From: an uncultured Planctomycetales bacterium
GTDB taxonomy: Bacteria > Omnitrophota > Gorgyraeia > Zapsychrales > GWA2-47-8
Length of the DNA: 64,000 bases
NCBI GenBank assembly: GCA_964359575.1
Contig: CAYHTV010000001.1
Coordinates: 5,547-69,546, forward strand
Reading direction: 5' to 3'
This document shows positions 40,655 through 50,853 of the stretch, one piece after another. A model generated the notes under the pieces. It was not told the origin of the DNA, ran no database searches, and saw only the letters and a list, made by a program, of their open reading frames with translations. Position 1 is the first letter of the stretch. Each line of letters begins with the position of its first letter. The position numbers were made by a program, and so were the translations under genes.

Positions 40655-41722
40655 ATGGAAACGCAAACCATCCCGCCTGCGGAAATTAAATATCCTATGG
40701 ATATCGCCATCATTTCAGAAGAGGATTTGCTGAATACCCGCATTTGTGACTTGCCCGTTAAAATCGAGGGGACCTGGCTGGAAGAATGTATCGCTCAACT
40801 TTACCAGGAACTTGCCGCGAAGGGATTGCAATTTTATCCGGCGTGTTATCTTGCCGATGAATGGCTGACCCCGCAGAACGAAACCGTGATCGGCATCCCA
40901 TTTTATTTAGCGCATTCCCGCTTGACGGCCCTCGAACGGAAGATGATGCTGGAAGCTGAAGGGGAAACCAAAGACTGGTGCATGAAACTTTTGCGCCACG
41001 AGACCGGGCACGCGATCAGTTACGCCTACAATTTGTATAAGCGCAAGAAATGGCAAAATATTTTTGGCTCTCCCCGCGCAGAGTATAAAGACACCTACCG
41101 TTTCCGGCCGTATAGCAAAAATTATGTTCGGCATCTCGAGGCGTATTATGCCCAGTATCATCCAGACGAAGATTTTGTTGAGACCTTTGCTGTCTGGTTG
41201 ACACCCCATATGGATTGGCGCAATCAATATGGGGGATGGGGCGCGCTAGAAAAGCTCATCTATGTCGATGAGGTGATGGCCGAGATCCAAGGCCAAGCGC
41301 CGATTGTCAAAAGCCAGCAGAAATTTTGGCGGCTTTCGACTTTAAAAATTACCTTGGCAAATTATTATAAGAAGAAAAGGGAATACCGCGCCGAAGATTT
41401 CCTGGATTTTCACGATGGAAATTTGAAGAAAATTTTTAGTGAAAAAGGTCCCGAAGGCCAGCCTGTTTTCTTAGCCGCCGATATTATAGAAAAGTATCAG
41501 CGGGAAATTTTAAAAAGTTCTGCCCTTTGGACCGGTGAGAAGAAATATATCATTAATCAGCTTATTAAGACGATTCAAAAACGCTGTCAGGAATTGAAAT
41601 TGGCTGCCGCTGATCCAGAGCCCATGGCCGTGTTGCGATTAACGACTTATATCACGACTCTGGTCATGAACTATCTCTATACTGGCTGGTTTCGCGGCGA
41701 GAAGAGCAAGAAGAAAAAATGA
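40655..41722 (+). CDS. Putative zinc-dependent peptidase-like protein (HExxH)
   Basis: LRHETGHAISY (HExxH) with a downstream acidic residue in HPDEDFVETFAVW; its stop overlaps the ATP-grasp start. Confidence 0.5.
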   Translation: METQTIPPAEIKYPMDIAIISEEDLLNTRICDLPVKIEGTWLEECIAQLYQELAAKGLQFYPACYLADEWLTPQNETVIGIPFYLAHSRLTALERKMMLEAEGETKDWCMKLLRHETGHAISYAYNLYKRKKWQNIFGSPRAEYKDTYRFRPYSKNYVRHLEAYYAQYHPDEDFVETFAVWLTPHMDWRNQYGGWGALEKLIYVDEVMAEIQGQAPIVKSQQKFWRLSTLKITLANYYKKKREYRAEDFLDFHDGNLKKIFSEKGPEGQPVFLAADIIEKYQREILKSSALWTGEKKYIINQLIKTIQKRCQELKLAAADPEPMAVLRLTTYITTLVMNYLYTGWFRGEKSKKKK

Positions 41723-42744
41723 AAAAGAAATTAAAAATTTTGCTTTTGTTCAATAGCCCGTATCAAAAGCCGCGCGGCTATGATTATAAAGATGAGATGT
41801 CTGACCCAGAGAATATGTATACGGAAAGAGATGTCTTAGGGGCGCTGCAGGCCAATGGCTATGAAGTAAGAATTCTTGGTATTTTTAATGATGCCACGCC
41901 ATTATTTGAGGAAATCAAAGAGTTTCCGCCCGATGTGATTTTTAATATGGTGGAAATTTTTCAGGATAAAGCGCACCTGGATAAAAATATCGCCGCAATT
42001 TTGGAAATGCTCAATATCCCTTACACAGGCGCTTCCTTGGGCAGTTTATTTTTATGCAATAACAAAGCGTTGAGCAAAAAAATTTTGAGTTTTCACCGGA
42101 TTAAAGTCCCGTGGTTTTATACGTTTTACCGCGGCAAAAGGGTTTGGCTTCCTAAAAAGATGAAACTTCCGGTGGTCATTAAGCCTTTGTGCGAGGAGGC
42201 CTCGCGCGGAATTTCCCAGGCCTCGGTTGTAGATAACGAGGAGGCTTTTATCGAACGCATCCGATTTATCCACGAAAGCATGAGCATGGATGCGATTGCC
42301 GAAGAGTATGTACAGGGGCGAGAGCTTTATGTGAGCGTTTTGGGGAGTAAAAGATTAAACGTTTTTCCGCCGCGCGAATTAAAGTTTGGCCAATTGCCTG
42401 AGGACGAGCCGCGGATTGCCACTTACCGTGCCAAATGGGATGATGATTACCGCGACCGCTGGGGGATCAAGAGTGTTTTTCCGGGCAAACTCGCCGATGG
42501 TGTTGAAGAGGAAATCCACGCGGTGTGCAAGCGGGCTTTCCGGGCGCTGGATTTGGATGGCTATGTGCGTTTTGATATCCGCGTGACACCGGAAGGGAAG
42601 ATATATATCATCGAACCTAATGCGAATCCGTGCATTGCCAAAATTGATGAAATGGCACAATCCGCCAACAAAATTGGGATCACTTACGAAGAGTTAATCC
42701 GCAAAATTGTTATGGTGGGCTTTCAGCGAAATATGAGATCATGA
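41719..42744 (+). CDS. ATP-grasp ligase, D-alanine--D-alanine ligase family
   Basis: Pre-ATP-grasp N domain, LPVVIKP, EEYVQGRELYVSVLG, IIEPNANPC; 341 aa. Confidence 0.8.
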   Translation: MKKKLKILLLFNSPYQKPRGYDYKDEMSDPENMYTERDVLGALQANGYEVRILGIFNDATPLFEEIKEFPPDVIFNMVEIFQDKAHLDKNIAAILEMLNIPYTGASLGSLFLCNNKALSKKILSFHRIKVPWFYTFYRGKRVWLPKKMKLPVVIKPLCEEASRGISQASVVDNEEAFIERIRFIHESMSMDAIAEEYVQGRELYVSVLGSKRLNVFPPRELKFGQLPEDEPRIATYRAKWDDDYRDRWGIKSVFPGKLADGVEEEIHAVCKRAFRALDLDGYVRFDIRVTPEGKIYIIEPNANPCIAKIDEMAQSANKIGITYEELIRKIVMVGFQRNMRS

Positions 42745-42747
42745 GCT

Positions 42748-43998
42748 ATGACTGATAAAATTTCAGAATTTATCAACAATAATTTTGAATTGCTCCTCTG
42801 GCTGAACATTGCCTGGCTGTTATTTTTTGTTGTGATGCTGGTCCTCCTGAAAATTCAGGATATCGCGGGTGATCGGCCGCGGACGTTGATTCCCAAAGTC
42901 TTGCTGATTTTTGTGGTCATGGGGCAGATAGCCTTGGTACTCTTGTCCGGTTATATTTATTGGTTCAATTATCAGCGCAAAAGTGTCGCAACATTCAGCC
43001 AGCGGCTTATTCCAGGGACCCATTGGGTCAAAGAGGACTTGATGGTTTATTTTATTTCCGGCAGGGATTTAATTTCCATTCATGCCAATGGCTCGAATAA
43101 GCAAAAGATTTTTCAGTCTCCCGATAAAATCCGGGAATATCATTTCTCGCCGGATGGTCAATATCTGTTGGTTGTGACCGAACGGGAACTTTATCAAGTC
43201 AATCTGGCCACTTTACACCGCGAACTCATCGATTTCATCCCCATTGCTGATCCTGGAAAGCAGTTAAGCGGTGTCATCGGGAGAATCAGTTGGTCGCCGG
43301 ATAGCCAAAGATTTTGTTATGAAATCACCAAATGGTCGAATGTCTCCTCCTATAATCAATTTTATATTTATCATGTGCAAAATAAGCAGAAGCAGCCGCT
43401 GCGAAAATTAACCAAGAAGATTTCCTACTTGTTTTGGGATAAAAAAGCAACCAGCCTTTACTTTTTTCAGCAAGAGGCCATGGATACTTCGCGGTATCCG
43501 TATCCCTATAAAATAAAGATTTATAAAATTCCTTTATCGACTCTGACTGCCGAAATGGTCGCGGAGGTGTTAACGAAAAAGGCGGAAATCTCTCGGCTGG
43601 AGGTGACGGGCCGTGGCATTAATCTTTTTTGGAAAGGAAATAATTTTTCTTTTAACCGTTCCGGCCAGCGGGATTACGATTGGGTGTCGGAAACCGGTGC
43701 GCGGCTGGGAATCGATGAGGATGACTTCCTCTATTATATTAAGAACCGCTGGTGGCGAAAGCGACTGTTTCGGGTGCCGCGCGATCCTCTCCCCGGTGAT
43801 TTTAACCGTTACCAATTTAGTGGAGGGATGCTTTCGGTTGGGCATCTGCGCTGGCTGCCGGGGGGGCGTTATGTGATTATGGGGCACAGCACCATGGGCA
43901 TTTTGATATTGGAGCCAAGCACAGGAAAAATCGGACGATTGACGGATACGCCCGGGTATACCTTTGGGTGGTATCAAGAACTTAAAACTCAAAATTAA
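42748..43998 (+). CDS. Membrane-anchored PD40/TolB-like beta-propeller protein
   Basis: N-terminal TM helices, then repeated SPDGQYLL / WSPDSQRF PD40 motifs. Confidence 0.55.
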   Translation: MTDKISEFINNNFELLLWLNIAWLLFFVVMLVLLKIQDIAGDRPRTLIPKVLLIFVVMGQIALVLLSGYIYWFNYQRKSVATFSQRLIPGTHWVKEDLMVYFISGRDLISIHANGSNKQKIFQSPDKIREYHFSPDGQYLLVVTERELYQVNLATLHRELIDFIPIADPGKQLSGVIGRISWSPDSQRFCYEITKWSNVSSYNQFYIYHVQNKQKQPLRKLTKKISYLFWDKKATSLYFFQQEAMDTSRYPYPYKIKIYKIPLSTLTAEMVAEVLTKKAEISRLEVTGRGINLFWKGNNFSFNRSGQRDYDWVSETGARLGIDEDDFLYYIKNRWWRKRLFRVPRDPLPGDFNRYQFSGGMLSVGHLRWLPGGRYVIMGHSTMGILILEPSTGKIGRLTDTPGYTFGWYQELKTQN

Positions 43999-44327
43999 AA
44001 AGTCAAGACAGAGAGACGCTTCGCGACACCACAATTTTACCTTTTGCGTTTTAAATTTTAAGTTCATTATAAAAAGGAGCTAAGATGGACTTGCCAAATC
44101 CTTTACAAAAATCAAAAACTCAATACCAGGAAACAATCAACGTGATTCAGTCGGATGCCTCGCCCGTTGGGATTGATCCGCAATACACCCATGCGATTAT
44201 CATCGAATTCTTAAAGCAAATTTCTGCCCGCTTGGATCGTCTCGAAACAATCATGAGGTGCGATAAAAAATGAGATGAAAAGGGTTGTTTTGTATTGACA
44301 ATCAAGACCATTTTGCCATAATAAAAA

Positions 44328-44951
44328 TTGTCGAGAAATTTAATTTTTTCAAAAAAAAGGAGAACTTATATGGGAAGCGAAAAAAATCAATGGATGTTGT
44401 GGGTGATTGTCATTGGGGTGGTTATTATCACGTTGATCGCTTTTAATTATCACGGTGATAAATCAGACTCAATCCCTTTAAGTGAGATTTTCCCAGAAGA
44501 AATGGGGACGCAGGAAGGACAAAATATTGAGTATGAGTTTGTCGACAGTAAACCGGCGCAAACCCAAGCCGCAGCGCCTGCGCTAGCGGGTGGTAAGCTG
44601 GTTCTCGCTAAGCCAGCCGTTTCTAAAGCTGTCGCTGTTCCCGCAGCGCCGGCAAAGACTTCCCCAGCTGTTCCCGCGGCCGCGCCAGTAACTGTTTCTC
44701 CGTCCACGAGGGGAGACTACTCAATCCAGGTGTTGTCCTCCAAAGATAAGGCCGCCACGGAGAAATCTTTGGAAAGAATAAAAGCCAAAGGGCATGCCGC
44801 TTATCTGGTAACCCGGGATCTCGGGGAGAAGGGAATTTGGTACCGTGTGAACATCGGTCCGTTTGAAACGAAACAGCAGGCTGAGGCGTATTTGCCAAAA
44901 ATTCAAGCGGATTATAAAAGTAGTTTTGTAATTAGTGGAAAGAAAGAATAG
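44328..44951 (+). CDS. SPOR domain-containing protein
   Basis: N-terminal TM anchor, Ala/Pro-rich linker, and a C-terminal SPOR fold (YSIQVLSSKDKAATE...YRVNIGPFETKQQAEA). Confidence 0.75.
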   Translation: MSRNLIFSKKRRTYMGSEKNQWMLWVIVIGVVIITLIAFNYHGDKSDSIPLSEIFPEEMGTQEGQNIEYEFVDSKPAQTQAAAPALAGGKLVLAKPAVSKAVAVPAAPAKTSPAVPAAAPVTVSPSTRGDYSIQVLSSKDKAATEKSLERIKAKGHAAYLVTRDLGEKGIWYRVNIGPFETKQQAEAYLPKIQADYKSSFVISGKKE

Positions 44952-44974
44952 TCTAAAAATTTACGGAGTGGACC

Positions 44975-45274
44975 ATGCGAAGTTTTTTCATTTTAGTCTT
45001 AGTAGCATTGGTAGCATTGGTAGCTGGCTGCACAACGGCTCAAAAAGGAGCGGCGGTTGGCGCGCTGGGGGGTGGGGCGTTGGGTGGCATTATCGGCCAT
45101 CAGTCCGGCCACGGCGGGACAGGAGCGGCGATTGGGGCCGCTGCCGGTGCGATAACCGGGGTAATTGTCGCTGAGAAAATGGCTGATAAATTCTGTCCGG
45201 TTTGCGGCGCAACTTATACAAATAGCACAGAGTTTTGCCCCAAGGATGGGACGGAATTAAAAGAGAAGCAATAA
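44975..45274 (+). CDS. Glycine-zipper lipoprotein with C-terminal CPxCG...CP zinc-ribbon-like motif
   Basis: LVAGC lipobox, a GxxxG-rich zipper, and C-terminal CPVCGATYTNSTEFCPKDG. Confidence 0.55.
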   Translation: MRSFFILVLVALVALVAGCTTAQKGAAVGALGGGALGGIIGHQSGHGGTGAAIGAAAGAITGVIVAEKMADKFCPVCGATYTNSTEFCPKDGTELKEKQ

Positions 45275-45328
45275 GAAAAAAAGGTTAATGTCATTATGTA
45301 CCGCGCAAACTAGAAATAAAACCTCATT

Positions 45329-45874
45329 ATGCACCAAAATATCAAAATACTATTAACCTGTTCTATTTTGATTCATGGCGGGATCAACTTGTTGGCGCCG
45401 ATATACGCTATTTTTATAAGAAATATTGGCGGAACAATCTTTGATGCCGGCGCGACCATTGGATGTTATGCTTTCTTAAAGGGAATATTTTATTTTCTTT
45501 TTCGAAAGCTTAAGGAAAGTAGATTCAGCCGGAAATGTATGATCTCTGCCGGTTATTTTTTGTTCTTTGTTGGCTATATTTTTTATTTATTTGCTTCTAA
45601 TATTTTTCATGTGGTAGCGATCCAGGCATTGTTGGCCTGTGCCGAGGTGATTATAAATCCTTCATGGAGTGCGGTTATTGCCAACGCTCTTGATCAAGGA
45701 AAGGAGCGGACGATTTACTCTAATTTTTACGGATACAGATCTCTCTTTGAAGGAATCGCGGCTATTTTGGGCGGGATCGTTGCTTCCAGTTTAGGTTTTT
45801 ATTTTCTTTTTAGTTTAATGGCCGCTTTTGCTTTAACCGCCAGTATCTTGGCATTATTTCTGACGGACAATTAG
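45329..45874 (+). CDS. Hypothetical membrane protein (MFS-half-like)
   Basis: About 6 TM segments; no motif. Confidence 0.3.
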   Translation: MHQNIKILLTCSILIHGGINLLAPIYAIFIRNIGGTIFDAGATIGCYAFLKGIFYFLFRKLKESRFSRKCMISAGYFLFFVGYIFYLFASNIFHVVAIQALLACAEVIINPSWSAVIANALDQGKERTIYSNFYGYRSLFEGIAAILGGIVASSLGFYFLFSLMAAFALTASILALFLTDN

Positions 45875-46249
45875 GGGTACAGAGCAGTATTGAACTGGTT
45901 GAGAAAAAAGGGCCGCAATTTTTTCCTATGAATAAAATCCGCATTATTCTGCGTTGGCTGCACATTATCATCGGCCTCATCCTTTTGTGCTATATTTACT
46001 CGCCTTTTTCCAAGTACGCGGCCTTCCAAATTTTTGTTAAATTTATTGCCATTCCTATCGTTGTGATAAGCGGTCTGTGGATTTGGAAATTTACTGCCTT
46101 CAATAAATTTTTACGGGCCCGCTGGAGCATTCTTGCGGGATATAGAGGGAACGAAATTTCTTGAAGATTTATTGAAGATTTATGTTGCCAAAGCAGTTTG
46201 CAGTGTGTATAATCCCGCCTGTCAATATGGTTGAAAGGAAGCCCCCAAT

Positions 46250-47893
46250 ATGAACCCAGTTGTCATGTCATCGCCGCTTGAAAAATTTTTGCACAGTATT
46301 GGGATTAAACAGTGGAAAAATCTTTTCTATGCGCTATCCCATGATGAACTTTTTAGCCACGAAACTGATCCGTCCTTAGAAGGTTATGAGCGGGCAATTG
46401 TCACCACGACCGGCGCGGTCGCCGTTGATACCGGCAAATTTACCGGACGTTCCCCCAAAGACAAATATATCGTAAAAGAGCCAAGCTCGCAGGATAGTGT
46501 ATGGTGGTCTGATGACCCTTGCGCGGGTTCTGACAACAAATCACTTTCCCCAGAAGCCTGGGCGCATCTTAAAAGTATTTCTCTCCAGCAACTCAACGGC
46601 AAAAAATTATATGTGATGGATGGTTTTTGCGGGACGAATCCGCAAACCCGCATTTGTGTCCGGCTGGTGACCGAGGTTGCCTGGATGGCGCATTTTTTTA
46701 AAAATATGTTCATTCGGCCTACCGCTGATGAATTGAAAAATTTTAAGCCTGACTGGACCATCCTTAATGCCTGTAAGACGTCGTGCGTTGATTTTGCCAA
46801 GTATGGATTGCGATCGGAAGTTTTCGTCGCCTTTCACATTAAGGAGCGCATGACAGTCATTGGCGGCACCTGGTACGGCGGTGAAATCAAAAAAGGCATT
46901 TTTTCGATCATGAATTATTTTTTGCCGCTGCAAGGCATCGGCGCGTTTCATTGTTCGGCGAATATGGGTGAAAGGGGTGACACGGCTTTATTTTTTGGTT
47001 TATCCGGGACCGGTAAGACTTCGCTTTCGACCGACCCCAAGCGGGCGCTGATTGGCGACGACGAGCATGGCTGGGACAATGACGGTGTGTTTAATTTTGA
47101 GGGCGGATGCTATGCCAAATGCATCGGGTTAACCCGCGAGCGGGAACCGGAAATCTTTGATGCGATCCGCCGGGATGCTTTATTAGAGAACGTTGATATG
47201 AATGCGAACGGTCAAGTAGATTTTGCCTCAAAGAAAAAAACGGAAAACACCCGCGTTTCGTATCCACTGGATCACATTCAAAATATTGTTAAGCCCATTT
47301 CAAAGGGCGGCCATCCAAAATATATTATTTTTCTTACGTGCGATGCCTTTGGAATTTTGCCGCATGTTTCTAAGCTCACCAAAGAGCAGGCGATGTACCA
47401 TTATTTGAGCGGTTATACAGCGAAAGTGGCGGGAACAGAGTTGGGCGTCACTGAGCCAAAGGCCGCGTTCTCCTCGTGTTTTGGCCAGGCGTTTTTGCTG
47501 GTTCATCCAACCCAATACGCGGATATTTTAGGTAAGAAAATGGATGAGCACGGCTCTCAGGCGTATCTTGTCAATACCGGCTGGATTGGTGGAAAATACG
47601 GTGTGGGCAAACGTATGCCATTGGCGGAAAACCGCCGGTCCATTGACGCGATCTTTAGCGGCGCGTTTGCTAAAGCGGAATTTGAAACATTGCCGATTTT
47701 TAATTTGCAGTTCCCCAGGGCACTCCCCGGTGTCTCCCCCGAGACACTGCATCCTCGCAACAGCTGGGCCAATAAAGAAGAATACGATCAGACGGCCCGC
47801 AAACTCGCCCAAATGTTCAGCGACAACTTCAAAAAATTTGAGACAACCGAGAAAGGCCGCGCCCTCGCCGCTGTGGCCGGGCCGAAGTTGTAA
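46250..47893 (+). CDS. pckA: Phosphoenolpyruvate carboxykinase (ATP)
   Basis: [12 protein letters not shown], kinase-1a [11 protein letters not shown], and IGDDEHGW motifs; 547 aa. Confidence 0.95.
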   Translation: MNPVVMSSPLEKFLHSIGIKQWKNLFYALSHDELFSHETDPSLEGYERAIVTTTGAVAVDTGKFTGRSPKDKYIVKEPSSQDSVWWSDDPCAGSDNKSLSPEAWAHLKSISLQQLNGKKLYVMDGFCGTNPQTRICVRLVTEVAWMAHFFKNMFIRPTADELKNFKPDWTILNACKTSCVDFAKYGLRSEVFVAFHIKERMTVIGGTWYGGEIKKGIFSIMNYFLPLQGIGAFHCSANMGERGDTALFFGLSGTGKTSLSTDPKRALIGDDEHGWDNDGVFNFEGGCYAKCIGLTREREPEIFDAIRRDALLENVDMNANGQVDFASKKKTENTRVSYPLDHIQNIVKPISKGGHPKYIIFLTCDAFGILPHVSKLTKEQAMYHYLSGYTAKVAGTELGVTEPKAAFSSCFGQAFLLVHPTQYADILGKKMDEHGSQAYLVNTGWIGGKYGVGKRMPLAENRRSIDAIFSGAFAKAEFETLPIFNLQFPRALPGVSPETLHPRNSWANKEEYDQTARKLAQMFSDNFKKFETTEKGRALAAVAGPKL

Positions 47894-48042
47894 AATCCAA
47901 GTTTTGCTTAATCATTTCTTTAGTTTTAAATAATTAGGGTAATTAGGGTAATTTGAGCCGTAATCAAAATTTGAATTTACCAATCCCTCTTTTGTGCTAA
48001 AATAAAATTCAAATTATTCACCCTTTTCGTTCATTTCCGGAG

Positions 48043-48696
48043 ATGATTATGCCCAAAAAAATTCAACCCCCAAAAATTTCTAAGAAAAGTTTTACGCTTA
48101 TTTTGATTTTGACTGCGGCAGCCGCTGTTTTAGGCGTGCGCTGGTATTTGGAGTCGTCCCGCTCTGCTGTTCAGACAACGCAGACACGCGCCAAAGGCCA
48201 TCCTAACGCGCCGATTCAAATCAGCGAGTACATTGATTTTCAATGCTCGGCCTGCGCCGCCGGGGCCAAACAATTAAAAGAGTATCTCGCGCAATATCCG
48301 GATAAGATTCATCTGGAAATGCGCTATTATCCGCTCGTCAACATGCACCCGCATGCCTTGCCGGCGGCCCGTTATGCCCAATGCGCCGCAAAACAGGGAA
48401 AATTTTGGTCGCTGCACGATCTTTTGATTGAACGGCAGAATGAATGGAAAGTTTTAACCAATGCCGACTCGGCTTTCTTACAGATGGCCAAGGAAGTACC
48501 ATTGGATATGAAATCTCTGGAAGTCTGCCTGCAGGATGAGAATATTGTCAAAACGATTTTTGAAGAAAAAGATCAAGGCAGTTCTTTGGGCGTTCAGTCA
48601 ACCCCGACGTATTTTATTAATGGAAAAATGGTGGTGGGGGTTAAATCGTTAACCGATATGTTATTGCCGCTTTTGCAAGATGATACAAAAAAATAA
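48043..48696 (+). CDS. DsbA-family thioredoxin-fold protein (CxxC)
   Basis: Signal anchor; DFQCSACA CxxC active site; thioredoxin-like fold. Confidence 0.75.
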   Translation: MIMPKKIQPPKISKKSFTLILILTAAAAVLGVRWYLESSRSAVQTTQTRAKGHPNAPIQISEYIDFQCSACAAGAKQLKEYLAQYPDKIHLEMRYYPLVNMHPHALPAARYAQCAAKQGKFWSLHDLLIERQNEWKVLTNADSAFLQMAKEVPLDMKSLEVCLQDENIVKTIFEEKDQGSSLGVQSTPTYFINGKMVVGVKSLTDMLLPLLQDDTKK

Positions 48697-49135
48697 TATT
48701 GTGGTCATTGCGCGTATTCTTCTCGGGACGATTTTTATTGTCTCGGGAATCGAAAAACTCCTGAGTCCCTACCAGAATTTTCTTTATGTCATCCAAAATT
48801 ATGAGGTGATTGGCCCGCCGTGGGATGAAATAACCGCGAAATTTTTTCCCTGGCTGGAATTTCTTTCAGGTTTATTTTGCTTTTTGGGTTTATGGTTACG
48901 GCAGGCGCTGACCGGCGCCTTAGTCCTTTTGACAGTTTTTATCGGCGTTGTGGGGCAGGCGCTCATCCGGCAGTTACCCATTGTGGAATGCGGGTGTTTT
49001 GGCAGCCTTTTTTCAATTCCGCTGGAGGCGGTGCTGGTAATGGACAGCAGTCTTTGGCTGTTATCCTCATGGCTGCTTTCCAGGATACCCCAGGCTTCCC
49101 GCTTCAGTCTCGATGAATATTTTGGAACCAAATAA
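48680..49135 (+). CDS. MauE/DoxX-family membrane protein
   Basis: Four TM helices and a CGCFG motif typical of the MauE family; overlaps the DsbA-like gene by 17 nt. Confidence 0.7.
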   Translation: MIQKNNIVVIARILLGTIFIVSGIEKLLSPYQNFLYVIQNYEVIGPPWDEITAKFFPWLEFLSGLFCFLGLWLRQALTGALVLLTVFIGVVGQALIRQLPIVECGCFGSLFSIPLEAVLVMDSSLWLLSSWLLSRIPQASRFSLDEYFGTK

Positions 49136-49140
49136 TATTT

Positions 49141-50739
49141 TTGCCAAGACTATGCTCGCGAGGGTCTATGAAAAAATTTTTAATCATTATGTTAGGACTG
49201 GCAGCGATGATTCCATTCGGTTTTGCAAATTCAGAAATTAAAGAACCCAATGTCAGCGGGAAATTTTATGATGCCGACCCCAAGCGTCTGGCTGCTGCGG
49301 TTGATACTTTTATTAACCGCGCCGAGGTTGCGGACTTGGATAAAAATATCGCGATGATTATTGCTCCGCACGCTGGGTATATTTATTCCGGCGCGGTTGC
49401 GGGATACAGTTTTAAGGCAGCGCGCCGCGGGCAATATAAGACGATCGTTATTATCGCGCCGAGTCATTTTTATGGATTTGACGGAATTTCGATTTGGCCG
49501 GAAGGAGGGTTTCAAACACCGCTGGGAATCGCGCCGGTCGATCACGATTTTACGCAGAAGCTCATCGGCCGTAATGAAAAATTTTATTTTGACGCCTTGG
49601 CGTTTGAGCAAGAGCATGCGCTGGAGGTCGAAATCCCATTTTTGCAAAGAACCTTCAGTGATTTTAAGATTGTGCCGGTCGTGATGGGACAGCCGACATT
49701 TCAGACATGCGAGGCCTTTGCCGCGGCGTTAAAAGAAAACATTGGCGAGCGAGATGATGTCTTGGTTGTGGTCAGCACAGATTTGTCGCATTATCACGAT
49801 GATACCTTTGCCCGCGCAATGGATCAGCGGACGTTAGCCATGGTCAAGGCAGGCGACGCGAAGGAATTGTGGAAACAGTGCCGCCTGGGAACAATGGAGA
49901 TGTGCGGCTTTGTGCCGGTCACCACGGCATTATTGTACGCCAAGCTGCAAGGTTTGCGGGATGTGGAAATCGCGCGTTATGCCAATTCTGGGGATGTGAC
50001 CGGTGATCGGCACAGCGTGGTGGGGTATGCGTCGGTTATTTTTTACAGCATAGGAAAGTATAAAACTTTCCTAGCTGCTAAAAACTCCTTTCCTATGCAG
50101 CAAAGAAGATGCGACGAACGAAGTGAGGAGTTTTCTTGTGCGCCGGCCGCTGGAGACCAAGAGGGGCTGCTCAGTCTGGAACAAAAGAAAAAATTATTAT
50201 CGATCGCGCGTAAATCCATTGAAAACCACGTGCGCACTGGCACAAAATTGGGGATAGAGGAATCTGATCCTCGTCTTTTCAAAGAGGAAGGGGCTTTTGT
50301 GACGATTCATCGGCAGGGACGATTGCGTGGGTGCATCGGGAATATTATTGGGCAGGGTCCATTGTATCTTACTGTGCGCGACATGGCGATTACCGCGGCT
50401 TCGCGTGATCCGCGATTTCAACCCGTGAGCGAGGAAGAATTGAAAGATATTACGGTCGAGGTCTCGGTTCTCTCGGAGCCCAAACCCGTCAAGGACATGG
50501 ACGAAATTGTCATGGGTGTGCATGGCGTTATTGTGAGCCGAGGAGCGCATCATGGAGTTTTTTTGCCGCAGGTAGCGACCGAAACCGGCTGGAGCCAAGA
50601 AGAGTTCCTCGCACAGCTGTGTGAACAAAAAGCCGGCCTGCCGCGGGACTGCTGGAAAGACCATCAAACGCGTTTAGAAATTTTCACCGCCCAAGTTTTT
50701 GCCGAGAAAGATATAAATTATGGGCCTTTGTACAACTAA
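49141..50739 (+). CDS. Memo-like (AmmeMemoRadiSam system protein B) fused in frame to an AMMECR1 domain (protein A); real start probably the ATG at 49168
   Basis: N-terminal half has IIAPHAGYIYSG...APSHFY...DLSHYHDD (MEMO1/extradiol-dioxygenase-like); C-terminal half has GAFVTIHRQGRLRGCIG...HGVIVSRGAHHGVFLPQV (AMMECR1); the 94-bp repeat family 2 copy B is translated in frame between them; the stop codon lies inside MITE copy 7. Confidence 0.7.
   Translation: MPRLCSRGSMKKFLIIMLGLAAMIPFGFANSEIKEPNVSGKFYDADPKRLAAAVDTFINRAEVADLDKNIAMIIAPHAGYIYSGAVAGYSFKAARRGQYKTIVIIAPSHFYGFDGISIWPEGGFQTPLGIAPVDHDFTQKLIGRNEKFYFDALAFEQEHALEVEIPFLQRTFSDFKIVPVVMGQPTFQTCEAFAAALKENIGERDDVLVVVSTDLSHYHDDTFARAMDQRTLAMVKAGDAKELWKQCRLGTMEMCGFVPVTTALLYAKLQGLRDVEIARYANSGDVTGDRHSVVGYASVIFYSIGKYKTFLAAKNSFPMQQRRCDERSEEFSCAPAAGDQEGLLSLEQKKKLLSIARKSIENHVRTGTKLGIEESDPRLFKEEGAFVTIHRQGRLRGCIGNIIGQGPLYLTVRDMAITAASRDPRFQPVSEEELKDITVEVSVLSEPKPVKDMDEIVMGVHGVIVSRGAHHGVFLPQVATETGWSQEEFLAQLCEQKAGLPRDCWKDHQTRLEIFTAQVFAEKDINYGPLYN
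50045..50138 (+). repeat. Structured repeat family 2, copy B (inside CDS, in frame)
   Basis: ACAGCATAGGAAAGTATAAAACTTTCCTAGCTGCTAAAAACTCC...CGAACGAAGTGAGGAGTTTTCTTG; translated as SIGKYKTFLAAKNSFPMQQRRCDERSEEFS; contains an internal ATG and a GAGGAG-7nt-GTG arrangement. Confidence 0.75.
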
Positions 50740-50823
50740 AGAAAAAAATTTGAATTTATCATTGAGGAGACAAAGGCCAATATTGACTACCTCAATTCTT
50801 TTGGTTCTACAAAGGTCAATAAA
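50719..50823 (-). mobile_element. MITE-like repeat family 1, copy 7 (reverse orientation)
   Basis: Its first 21 nt encode the last 6 codons and the stop (YGPLYN*) of the Memo-AMMECR1 ORF. Confidence 0.8.
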
Positions 50824-50853
50824 ATCAAAAATTGAAATTTAAAAATCAAAATT

